64,000 nucleotides of DNA from Lytechinus pictus (taxonomy: Eukaryota), in contig NC_087245.1 in NCBI RefSeq assembly GCF_037042905.1, forward strand, positions 23,562,001 to 23,626,000, written 5' to 3'. The translations under genes and the position numbers were made by a program. Shown here in pieces: positions 52,799 to 64,000 of this stretch. Under the pieces are notes generated by a model. That model worked only from the letters and a program-made list of their open reading frames with translations. It had not been told where the DNA came from and ran no database searches. Numbering within the stretch: the first letter of the stretch is position 1; every line of letters starts with the position of its first letter.

Positions 52799-53827
52799 AT
52801 GCCAAGACACCACCTAAGTGAAACAGATGTAGCCAGAGCCCTAGGGATGCTGGAAGCTGGCCTCAGTCAGCGAAGAGTAGCCAGAATGATGGGCGTGTCA
52901 CACAGTGTCATTAGCAGAGCAAATCAAAGACACCGAGAGACAGGGCTATACTCCGAGAGACCCCGCAGTGGCCGACCAGTTTCGACAACCCCTAGAGATG
53001 ATCGCTACTTGACGAATCTCAGCCTCCGCAACCGCTTTCACAGTGCACGCCGCCTCAACAATGACTTCGCTGCAGCAACTGGAGTGATTGTTTCCACTCA
53101 AACAATCCGTAACCGACTTCACAGAGCCAATATGCATGCCAGACGGCCAGCTCAGTGTGTCCCACTCACCCCTGCTCACAGAAGAATTCGTCTCAACTGG
53201 GCCCGGGAGCATGTCAGATGGACCAGACAGCAATGGCGTAGAGTTCTGTTCACAGATGAGAGCAGATTTTCCCTTGACCACAATGATGGACGTTCGAGAG
53301 TCTGGAGGCGACCAGGAGAGAGATTTGCAGACCCCTGTATTGCAGAACATGACCGTTATGGGGGAGGCAGCGTCATGGTGTGGGGAGGCATCACCTACGC
53401 CAACCGTACTCGTCTCTACGTGGTCCCAGGGGGAGCAATGACAGGAGTGAGGTACAGGGATGAGGTCCTTGAACCTATAGTGGTGCCATTTGCAGAAAAT
53501 GTGGGACAAAACATCATTTTCATGGATGACAATGCCCGTGCCCACCGAGCTAGGGTGGTGACCGAGTTCCTTGAGGGCCAGGGGATTGAGCGTATGGAGT
53601 GGCCAGCGAGGTCCCCGGACTTAAACCCGATAGAGCACGTCTGGGACATGATGGGGAGGAGTCTCGAGCAGCTCGAAGCCCATCCACTTGGACTGCAGCA
53701 GCTGGGTGTGGCTCTGGAGGCTGCATGGGATGCACTGGACGTCAGATACATCAATCGCCTCATCAGCTCCATGAGACAGCGCTGTGAAGCCGTTATTGCT
53801 GCAGGAGGTGGTCACACTCGTTACTGA
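52799..53827 (+). CDS. Tc1-like transposase, DD34E, 342 aa, apparently intact
   Basis: ATG 52799 (MPRHHLSE). Paired-like HTH with RSGRP linker; VLFTDESRF (D1); VMVWGGI; FMDDNARAH (D2); WPARSPDLNPIEHVW (E, 34 residues after D2); ends GGHTRY. No stops or frameshifts. Confidence 0.95.
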   Translation: MPRHHLSETDVARALGMLEAGLSQRRVARMMGVSHSVISRANQRHRETGLYSERPRSGRPVSTTPRDDRYLTNLSLRNRFHSARRLNNDFAAATGVIVSTQTIRNRLHRANMHARRPAQCVPLTPAHRRIRLNWAREHVRWTRQQWRRVLFTDESRFSLDHNDGRSRVWRRPGERFADPCIAEHDRYGGGSVMVWGGITYANRTRLYVVPGGAMTGVRYRDEVLEPIVVPFAENVGQNIIFMDDNARAHRARVVTEFLEGQGIERMEWPARSPDLNPIEHVWDMMGRSLEQLEAHPLGLQQLGVALEAAWDALDVRYINRLISSMRQRCEAVIAAGGGHTRY

Positions 53828-54299
53828 ACTGCCTGAAAGACACTCAGACATTCGTTTTTACCACTTCATGTCGGTAGCTGATACCCCTCGGGGCCCACTT
53901 TTCAGGATGTGCAGTGATGCGAGAGACATTGTGCAACAACTGAAGCCACCCATGCGTGAAATTGATTACAGCGTGTTTAAGGACATTTAGGACAGTTGTA
54001 CTGAGGTATTTCCAGAAATAAAACACCTTGTATAAAATCTTTATGTACGTTTTAAAAAGTGGTCCTTAACTTTTTTTGAGTAGTGTATATATATACTCGG
54101 TAGATATTCCACGTGTTGAAGTAATATTAAGAGAAACAAGGTTGAAACTTTCATGCTTATTGATTAACATTATATATTGTGACGTCGAAATGACGTTTTA
54201 TTATTTATTATGATCTATGTTTTTTAGCCTAATGCGTCTCCATGACAATACGCCTAGTTACACAAGGCAATTGTACATGGAAACGCGGTACTTTTGTCA

Positions 54300-54342
54300 T
54301 TCACTTGATAAAGACGGTATGTACTCGTCGAAAATTTGTGGA
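54300..54342 (+). ncRNA. Minimal type I hammerhead ribozyme motif (U3-A8 variant) in a Penelope-like terminal fragment
   Basis: TTCAC-TTGATAA-A-GACG(gtatgtact)CGTC-GAAA-AT-T-T-GTGGA gives stem I TTCAC/GTGGA, stem II GACG/CGTC and a palindromic AATT stem III. AATAAA at 54347. Bracketed by a ~30-bp inverted repeat (54129-54159 / 54365-54395). Confidence 0.55.
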
Positions 54343-54899
54343 CTTCAATAAATTTTGTTGGATTAAAGCATGAAAGTTTCAACCTTGTTTCTTTTATATG
54401 AACATTCTAAACAATGTGATCCTGAACAAGATGCGTATGTAACTAAATAATTACTCCGACCGCGAAGTGCGAGCCTTTTTTAATACACATTCTTGGCCTG
54501 AAATGGGACATGATAAGGACTTTTTGCAGTTACCCATATATACAAGATACAATTCAACAATCAAATAATGCGAGCGCGAAGCGCGAACAATTTTTGTAAT
54601 TCCGACCTGAAATTGGAAATAGTAGGCACTTTTTGTAATCATGAACAAGATAGGTATATAACTAAGTTGATGGAAGCACGAAGTGCGAGCGGGGAAAATT
54701 GTCCCTAAAGCGGGGGAAAAATTGTCCCTAAAAATGCTTTGGAAATCATGAAAAGGATGGGTAATTGGGCATCTTCCTACATTAATAATGCGAGCTGGAT
54801 TCTCGGCATTTTTAAAGTTTTTCTTGTCACAAAGAATTTTTGAACGTGTTCAATTTTTTATGATGTTTTTAAAGTCAAAGTATGTTTGGTCTTGGTCGG

Positions 54900-57045
54900 A
54901 CCCAATGACTTATGATTCAGTTTTTTTTCTTCTTCTTTCTGTCGTTGTCATTATATACTTCTTTTTGGAGAACGGAAGTTCAAAATGAAAAGTATATTAT
55001 AACATATATTTTTACTTTTTAGCACATCAAAACAAGTTTAAAACGTTCCTGATAGTTCGTTCATTAATCAAGATGTTTGTGACTTCTATTCTGTTTTGTT
55101 TCCTTTCCGCTGTTGTCAGAGTAGTAACGATTCATTTATATATATATATATATATTTTTTTGGGGGGGGGGGTAACGGGAGTTTATAACGAAAGGTGTAT
55201 AAAATATATATTACCTGTTGGCCTACTCAGAACAATTTTGAAACGTTCCTGATGGTTCTAAGATGTTTGTGATTTATATTTTGTTTTATTTTTCTTACGT
55301 AATTTACTATTCTTTTAGGAAAACGGCGTTCATAACGAAAGGTATATAAAATATATTTTTAATTCTGAGCAACTCGAAATAATTTCAAAACGTTCCTGAT
55401 AGTTTGTTTATTTATCTAAGATGTTTTTTTTTACTTCTGTTCTCTTTTATTTCCCTTTCCGCTTTTATCAGAATAATACGTCTTTTATGTTTTATTTTGG
55501 AGAACGGGAGTTCATAACGAAATATAAAATTATATAAAATATATTTTTAATTGTGAGCAACTCGAAACAATTTTAAAACGTTCGTTCGTTCATTAATCGA
55601 AGATGTTTAAGACTTCTATTTTGTTTTATTTTTCTTGCGTAATTTACAATTCTTTTAGGAGAACAGCGTTCATAACGAACGGTATACAAAATATATTTTT
55701 AATTGTGAGCAACTCGAAACAATTTTAAACGTTCCTGATAGTTCGTTCATTAATCGAAGATGTTTGTGACTTTTATTTTGTTTCATTTTTCTTGCGTAAT
55801 GTATTATTGTTTTAGGAGAACAGCGTTCATAACGAAATATATATAAAATATATTTTTACTTTTTAGCACCTCAAAATGATTTTAAAACGTTCTTAATAGT
55901 TCGTCCATTAATCTAAGATGTTTGTGACTTTTATTCTGTTTCATTTCCTTCCGTCTGTTATATTTCTGTTTGGAGAACGGGAGTTTTTTAACGAAATGTA
56001 TATAAAATATATTTTTACTTGTGAGCAGCTAAAAACAATCTTATACCGTTCCTGATTGTTCGTTCATGAATCTGAGATGTTTGCGACTTTTATTCTGTTT
56101 TATTTTCCTTGCGTCTTTTATATTTCTTTTTGGCGAACGGAAGTTCATTAACGGACATAAAATTTACTTTTATATTTGTAAGCACTTCAAAACAATTTTG
56201 AAACGTTTCCGATAGTTCGTTCATTAATCGAAGATGTTTGTGACTTGTATTTTATTTTTCTTGCGTAATTTACTATTCTTTTAGGAGAACAGCGTTCATA
56301 ACGAAAGATGTATAAAATATATTTTTAATTGTGAGCAACTCGAAACAATTTTAAAACGATCCTGATAGTTCGTTCATTAATCTAAGGTGTTTGTGACTTC
56401 TATTCTCTTTTATTTCCCTTTCCGCCGTTATCAGAATAATAAGTCTTTTATATTTCATTTTTGGAGAACGGGAGTTCAAAACGAAAGGTATATAAAATAT
56501 ATTTTTAATTGTGAGCAACTCGAAACAATATTAAAACGTTCCTGATAGTTCGCTCATTAATCGAAGATGTATGTGACTTCTCTTCTGTTTTATTTTCCTT
56601 CCGTCTGTAATATTTCTTTTTGGAGAACGGGAGTTTTTAACAAAATGTATATATTTTAGTTGTGAGCAGCTCAAAACAATTTTAAAACGTTCCTGATAGT
56701 TTTTTTTAAACGTTCCTGATGATCTGAGATGTTTGCGACTTTTATTCTGTTTTATTTTCCTTGCGTCTTTTACTTCTTCTTGGAGAACGGGAGTTCATAA
56801 CGAAAGGTACATGAAATTTACTTTTATATTTGTAAGCACTTCAAAACAATTTTAAAACGTTCCTGACAGCCTTCTTTCATTAATCGGAGATGTCTGTGAC
56901 TTCAATTCTGTTTTATTTTTCTTGCGTAATTTACATTTCTTTTTGGAGAACGGCGTTCATAACGAAAGGTATATAGAATATATTTTTGATTGTGAGCAAC
57001 ACGAAGCAATCTTAAAACGTTACTGATAGTTTGTTCATTTATCAT
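54900..57045. repeat. ~160-bp satellite, ~13 diverged units
   Basis: GGAGAACGGGAGTTCATAACGAAAGGTATATAAAATATATTTT...AAAACGTTCCTGATAGTTCG recurs every ~155-180 bp. Confidence 0.9.
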
Positions 57046-57059
57046 TTGTGTTTGGTGTG

Positions 57060-60000
57060 TAGAGTCACCTATCATAAGCCGAGCAGACGAGAACCTGAAT
57101 TTGGTGTCATGTGTTAAACCCACTGATCTCTCCGAAGATCAGTGGTTAAACCCGAGTAACCCACACAGTCACCTATCATGATAGGCCGAGCAGACGAGAA
57201 CCTGAATTTGGTGTGTTATACTCGAGTAGCCTACACAGTCACCTATCATGATAAGCCGAGCAGACGAGAGGCTGAACTTGGTGCGTTAAACCCGAGTTGT
57301 AGTCTATTCTACGCAGACCCGCATGTTGCTAGAGTCGGTTCTCATGGAGGTTTTAAGAAAAATAACTTGAAAACAATGAACTGAATCTTGGGAATTTTAA
57401 AGTGACCTAAGCAAAAGAGATTCCAGATTTTACTTTTTACTCTCCACTAGCGGAAGGAACAATTTAAAGAATAATTTGTTTTAAACCTAATAAACGAATG
57501 AAATAAATAAAAACAGCAAACTTTCCGAGATATTCTGGTAAATCATGTGAACAAAAGTGAAAATTACAATAGCATTCAATTTAACAGGAATGATGTCAAT
57601 TAGGAGTACTATAAAATAAAAAGTTTGTAGTTTTAAACCTGTAGGATATAATATATTCTTACCCAACACCCCCCCCCCCAAAAAAAAAAAATCATGATGA
57701 AATAAATGAATATGAGTGCGTGCCAGCATTGGATTTCAATCTAAAACAAAGGTAATTATAGTTTCTCTTGCATAGGAAAAATTGCGATTTGAATTTAACC
57801 TGTTTTGAGCAAAGGAAATGTTTTCGGACCAAATCCTGTCATGTTTTTTTTTAATGCTAACGTACGAGCGCTAGGCCACACAGTCACCTATCATGATAAG
57901 CCGAGCAGACGAGGACTTCAATTTGGTGAGTTAAACCCGAGTTGTAGTCTATTCTACACAGACCCGCAAGTTGCTAGAGCCGGTGCTAGAGTCGGTTCTC
58001 ATAGAGGTTTTAAGGAACATAACTTGGAAACAATTGAAGACGATCTTTCCAATCAGCGTTTTTTTGCTCTTAGCATTGTTTATTCCTCACAAGATTGGTC
58101 TTATTATATAGATAAAAGTTTAAATTTTCTGAACAGTAAAATAAAATGCGCATTTAACATATTTTGGTAACCGATATTTAGCTTAGAAACAAATAAAAAA
58201 ATTCAAGAAATATATGTGAATAAACAAAGCATATTTTCACTTAGAAATCACACTTGCGTCACATTAATATTATAATCAATAAAAAGCATAGACATTCTTC
58301 TTCACGACTGAACAAAAATTATGAAATTTCATTACGTAGCAAAGTCAAGGAACCACAAAAAATACGGCAATATCCATCGCGAAATGATTTGAATTGCAGT
58401 TAAATTGCCGAAGCATTATGAGGCAACAGCGGCGAACGGACTTTCATACATCATTAAAAACCCGGAGTTGAGAGGCAAACGGTCTGTGGCCAAATCTGTA
58501 ATGCCATTGTTTTGATGAGTGCGGGGACTTTGGTTAGAACCTCTGACTCTGTGATTTTTTTTTAATTATTATATTCCTACCCAGCTCTTTTTTCTCTTTT
58601 TATTTTCATGTGAGATTCTATTCAGACCTGCATTTATTAAATCTTACTTCTTAATTGCTGCTTTTGATTTTCAAGTTCTTGATTAGATTCTACACTTATT
58701 TGGGCAGGGATGGGAGGGGTAGAGGATGAGTTAAAAGTCTAGTCCACAACAAATTAAAAATTGTTTGAATAGAGTAATTTCCCTTGTTTTTTGTGTTTTT
58801 TACTCAAAACAGTTATATCCACAAAACAATGATATGCAAATTAGAGTTGATTATGTCACATCACATTCATTTCAATTTTTTGGCATTTTATTTTTTGTTA
58901 TTTAAATTTGAATCAAAGTTTTTATGAAATTTTCTGCAATATTTTATTATTTTTCTTTAAATTCAAATGAACTTTTGGTTGGGTGGACTTCTCCTTTACT
59001 CTTCTCATGGAATGCATAGCAATATTTATCCAGAAACAAAATTGTCTTAAAATATGCAAACCAGTAATTGGACACATGTTCACTTTCCTTTCATCTAGGC
59101 CACTTCCTCACATCCACCGGGCTTACAGTCTTATAACAAAAATGAACCATCGCACAACTGCACACAACATTCAGAGTGCTTCACAATAAATATTTCAATT
59201 TTGTTCATACATGCAATTATTATTGTGGAAAACAAATAAAAGGCTTACCCATATTCAAATGCCGTTTAAAAGGTCAAATTTATTATACCTTTCGAGAAAA
59301 AAATTGTGACGATATAATTATACATGACACTTAACTTTCAGCAATCACCACGTTAGATAACTGATACAGAGTTGCTAACAAAATCTAACTATTGGGCATT
59401 GCAAGAAACTTATGTTCAATTGCAAATCAAGCGTAAGTCTCAAATTCAAATACAAGCGTAATAAGTCGAGTTGCAAGTGCAATTCAACTACATGTTTCTG
59501 TTTAATCAAAGGACTTACCCTTGATTTGGGACGTGTGATTGAGTAGAAAATTTCTCAAAAAATGCCCGAATTACATTAAAATTTTTCTTTCGTTTTAAAT
59601 TGTTGGAGTTTTTCAATAAACACTGACTCACTCACTGACTTCTGGAGTGGAGCAACACAACGACGACTCTCCAGTGGACAAAATCGGTCTTTACAGTTCA
59701 CAATTCAATAAAAACGGGTAAAGTAACACAGTTCTGGTTCACTTTTAGTCGGAAGTTGTCGAAAACAGAAATCGGATACCACATTACATGAAGAAAACGT
59801 TAAATTCGAAAGATATTGAACAGGTCAGTAAGGTGATGCACAGAGGGATGAGCTCGTTGATTGTGTGACGTCATTATTTTCGACTGTTTCGACTGCGCGA
59901 TTGTCGGTCTGGGGGCGGCTGGGGGGCTGAGAAGGGTCTCTAATAATTTCATTTCTTGCATTTCCACGACATCTATAAGACTTTTTAGTGACATTTTCGT

Positions 60001-61745
60001 CTATAAAAAGACAAGACCTTTCCATCCATATATAATTTGTCTATAATCATCACTTTCGTGAATTTTCTTCGTGTGTGTACTTTAGAAAAAATAACTTGGA
60101 AACAATGAACTGAATCTTGGGTATTTTAAAGTGAACTAATCAACGGAGATTCTAGATTTTATTTTTACACTCCACTAGCGGAAGGAAAAATTTAAAGAAT
60201 AATTTGTTTTAAACCGAATAAACGAATGAAATGAATAAAAACAGCAAACTTTCCGAGATATTCTGGTAAATCATGTGAACAAAAGTGAAAATTACAATAG
60301 CATTCAATTTAACAGGAATGATGTCAATTAGGAATACTATAAAATAAAAAGTTTGTAGTTTTAAACATGTAGGATTAAAGATATTCTTACCCTCCCCCCC
60401 CCCCCGAAAAAAATCTCATAATGAAAGAATTGAATATGAATGCGTGCCGGTATTGGATTTCAATCTAAAACAAAGGTAATTATAGTTTCTCTTGCATGGG
60501 AAAAATTGCAATTTGAATTTAAACTGTTTTGAAAAAAGGAAATGTTTTCGGACCAAATCCTGTCATTTTTTTAATGCTAACATCATGCACACAGTCACCT
60601 ATCAAAAAGCCGAGCAGACGAGAACTTCAATTTGGTGAGTTAAACCCGAGTTGTAGTCTATTCTACGAAGACCCGCAAGTTGCATATTGCTAGAGTCGGT
60701 TCTCATATAGGTTTAGGGAAAATAACTTGGAAACAATGAACTGAATCTTGGGTATTTTAAAGTGAACTAATCAGAGGAGAATCCAGATTTTATTTTTTAA
60801 ACTCCACTAGCGGAAGAAAGTAAAACAATATGTAAAACAATATTTGTTTTAAACCGAATAAATGAATAAAAACAGCGACATTTCCGATGAAAATATTCTG
60901 GTAAATCGTGAGAACGAAGGTAAAAATTACAATTAGCATTGAAGTTAACAGGAAAGATGTCAACTAGGAATACTATAAAATACCCCCCCCCCCCAAAAAA
61001 AAAAAAAAAAAAAAAAAATGATAATAAAGCAAACTCACAATTAAAAAAAATGAATATGAATGCTTGTCGGCATTGCATTTCAATCTAAAAAAAAGTAATT
61101 GTAGTTTCACTTGCATGAGAAGAATTGCGATAGGAGTTCAACCTCTTTGGAGAAAAGGAAATGTTTTAGGACCAAATCCTGTCATGTTTTTTAAAATGCT
61201 AACATACGAGCGCTATAGCCGCTAGCCCACACAGTCACCTATCATGATAAGCCGAGCAGACGAGAACTTCAATGTGGTGAGTTTAACCCATGTTGTAGTC
61301 TATTCTACGCAGACCAGCAATTTGCTTCAGTCGGTTCTTATGGAGGTTTTATCTTGGAAACAATGAACTTAATATTGGGTATTTTAAAGTGAACTAATCA
61401 ACCGAGATTCCAGATTTTATTTTTACACTCCACTAGCGGAAGGAACATTTAAAAAATTATTTGTTTTAAACCGAATAAATGAATGTAATAAATAAAATCA
61501 GCTATTTAGTTGCGAGAATTAACATGATTGCTATCCGGTAAATGATGTGAACAAAAGAAAACACGATCAACGTTAAATTTTACAGGTGCAAAAAGAATAT
61601 TACAAAAATAAATGTTACATACTTCCAAACTTGGAGGATATGATAGGGTATTCTTACCCCCCCCCCCCCAAAAAAAAAAGAAAAATGACAAAGAGCAAAC
61701 TCACAATAAAAAGAATGAAATAGAATGCTTGCCGGCATTGCATGA
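57060..61745. repeat. ~640-bp tandem repeat, interrupted by ~2 kb of unrelated sequence (58040-60080)
   Basis: CACAGTCACCTATCATGATAAGCCGAGCAGACGAG at ~57163, 57234, 57879, 60589 and 61229, with colinear downstream sequence. Confidence 0.85.
57121..57144. mobile_element. 24-bp palindromic micro-insertion with 8-bp TSD (P-superfamily footprint-like)
   Basis: GTTAAACC|CACTGATCTCTCCGAAGATCAGTG|GTTAAACC; sibling repeat units (~57285, ~57930, ~60640) have a single GTTAAACC. Confidence 0.8.
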
Positions 61746-61860
61746 CCACATGCAGTCGCGGTTCCGGGGGGGGGGGGGAGGTTGGCTCTGGGGATTGTGA
61801 AAAAAAATCGCTGAAGCCCCCCAAAATTGTATACCACATAGAAACCCCCCCCCCAAAAAA

Positions 61861-62110
61861 CGGTTACACTTCGTAATTCCGAAGGTTCTTTATTCCGAAG
61901 GTTCGTAATTCCGAAACACGTAGATTGCCTATACCTCGATTTTCGTAAATCCGAAAACGTAAAAGGGTTCGTTAATATGAACATTTGTGGCGTTATTCCG
62001 AAGGTTCGTTATTCCGAAGGTTCGATAATCCGAAAACAAAATAAGGTTCGTTGTTCCGAAGGTTCGTTAGTCCGAAAACGAAGTAAGGTTCGTTAATCAT
62101 TACGTTTCCG
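61861..62110. repeat. ~16-bp tandem repeat (ATTCCGAAGGTTCGTT), probably one arm of a foldback-type element
   Basis: Direct reading; no partner arm found in the window. Confidence 0.6.
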
Positions 62111-62149
62111 GACTCACGGACTCGGACTCACCTTTGGTGAGTACTCTAT

Positions 62150-63107
62150 ATCAATTCTATACATGTATAAGCAAACAAAAACCCCAGGCCTTTTCATTAC
62201 ATTTGATTAAAAAAATTCAGCTCGCGATTTGAGCTCGCATTAATTGTTAAAAATGTATTAACCATTGTAATGCGTATTCATAATTTAAAAATGCTTAAAA
62301 TTTCTAGTTTTCAAGCCTTAAAACCAACAATTCCACACTGTCACTACGCATATTAGATTAACAAATACGAAAATGTCATTTTCATGAATTCCTATTAACT
62401 AATTTGGGTCTTTTCAGAATGGAATATCGACAAGCTTAGGAATAATAGGACGATAGTCATCATTTTCATATGACAAAATGTCCTTAGAATGTCCCTGTCC
62501 TTTGTTAAAACAATTAAAAAAATAATCAGCTTGCGCTTCGCGCTCGCTTCATCCATTAAGTGTGATCCACATCCACTTTTCCTACACAGTACTTGAAATA
62601 GTGATAAAATTTATCTTTTTTAGATTGTAATATCAAATGTTTTCAGCTCGCGCTTGCATTCTTCATGTTATTGATCTTCATGATTAAAAAAATGTATTCA
62701 GAATGCCCAGATTATAGGTCTAAATCTAAAACTAAAACGCGCGCAAGCATGTTTATTGAGACAGCCTGCATGTTCTTTATCTATAATATGCTTACATTAT
62801 CCAGCTTCAGATCAGAATATCAATAATTGTCCGCTCGCGTTTCACGCTCGCATTATGATACCCAATTAACCATATCCTATTCATCATTTACAAAATATGA
62901 ATAGAGTGTCCCGCTTTTAGGTCTAATATCTCAATTTTCTTCCGCTTGCGCTTCGCGCTCGCATCAATTGTTAAGTTACATACCTATCTAATTTATGATT
63001 ACAAAAAGTGCTTAGAATGCCCATTTTTTAGTGACTGATCGGGCAAAATATAGGTGAAGTTAATTTTGGGCCCCATCCCCTATTGGCGAAAGTCGGATCC
63101 GCCCTTG
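62150..63107. mobile_element. Right part of a hAT-type element related to 20772-23364
   Basis: Shared GCTCGCGCTTCGCGCTCGC periodic interior and terminus CCCCTATTGGCGAAAGTCGGATCCGCCCTTG. Further fragments at ~30975-31314 and, reversed, ~54420-54800. Confidence 0.7.
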
Positions 63108-64000
63108 TGACACATACACACACACACAGAAAAAAAGGTGCCCCCCCCCTGAAAAAGCAAGGACCTCCGATGCCCCCACAGGAAAAAATCCTAGCTACGC
63201 CACTGGCATTGACGCTTTAAATCACACTCATAAAACAATCGTTCATAATTTACCACTGGCTTACATTATGCGAGTTGTTATAGGTCATAGATATGAATAT
63301 GATGGAGGAAGTTTCGATGAAAAAGTCAGGATCTTGCATTTTGCATTGTTAACCCCCTAATGGTGGCTGCACTATAGCTAGCCGTCTGTGTACGAGGAGG
63401 AATTAAATAATAATAATAAAAAAAAAATCCTCAAATCAGACGGCTGCCAGCTGTCTAGGGTGGCACAAGCAATGGATGATCTGCACGTGCCAGCTATGGT
63501 TGATCTTTTAATTTCGCATCTCATTTCAATTTATCTCAAATATTTGATTCAACAAAGTGTCAATCGTAATGAGATAAATAATCCTAAACGTCCAATTATT
63601 TTTATATGAAAAAAATCCATGAATTCAGTTATAGTCAGGATAATGATATCGAAATTCCAACAGAACGATGCGATTGAGTATCCATCCTCACTTTCTCGTA
63701 CCGTCGGATCGTCTGCTGCTACTCGTGAGTTGATTTGTATACATAATTTAAATTATTTGGTTCGGATCCCTTTCGGACATATTATTTTACTTGTTTGTAA
63801 GTACGTGCAATCACTATTTCTAATCATGTTATTATTATTATTATTATATTTTGAAGTTGTTGAGTGAGTGAAGAGACTCAGTCGTCGACTTTTTTTCCTC
63901 CATTGTTTGGCCTTTAGTTTGAGTGGTGCACTGTGCAGGTGCAAATTAATGTGAGTTGACTAGATGTGACATAACCCAGGGAGCTCCGGCCCGCTTCGCG

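Larger units (their letters stand above)
52068..54085 (+). mobile_element. Tc1-family (IS630-Tc1-mariner) DNA transposon, 2018 bp, with 689-bp terminal inverted repeats that include transposase coding sequence
   Basis: Ends CACTACTCAAAAAAAGTTAAGGACCAC...GTGGTCCTTAACTTTTTTTGAGTAGTG, TA target duplication at 52066-67 and 54086-87. 52068-52756 is the gap-free reverse complement of 53397-54085; two mismatches seen (52208/53945, 52406/53747). Confidence 0.95.

Noticed and set aside
52946..53851. Overlapping antisense and alternate-frame ORFs within the Tc1 (199, 118, 117 aa and others)
   Set aside because: By-products of GC-rich transposase coding sequence; their mirrored duplicates simply reflect the TIR.

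Overview
AT-rich, repeat-dense animal DNA. The repeat families and composition suggest an echinoderm, probably a sea urchin (inference; not provable from the window). Host genes are three paralogous, single-coding-exon, type II membrane sulfotransferases of the heparan-sulfate 3-O-sulfotransferase (HS3ST/3-OST) family: 15918-17069 (+), 28650-29951 (-) and 49257-50483 (-). They keep the PAPS-binding motifs and the catalytic Glu but have replaced several residues that canonical 3-OST-1 needs, so they may act on a different acceptor. The rest is mobile DNA and tandem repeats. (1) A young 2018-bp Tc1 (DD34E) element with an intact transposase, whose 689-bp terminal inverted repeats contain the 3' ~40% of the transposase gene itself, making it a built-in hairpin. 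(2) A nest at 31.5-42.5 kb: Harbinger remnant, hAT MITE, self-inserted second copy, Kolobok-type MITE, and a CR1-group LINE carrying another hAT MITE. (3) A foldback element, a Helentron-like element, SINEs and many MITEs. (4) Three 23-24-bp palindromes with 7-8-bp target duplications that look like P-superfamily excision footprints. (5) A minimal Penelope-type hammerhead ribozyme motif. All motif and family comparisons are from reading the sequence and from memory of the families; no database searches were run.
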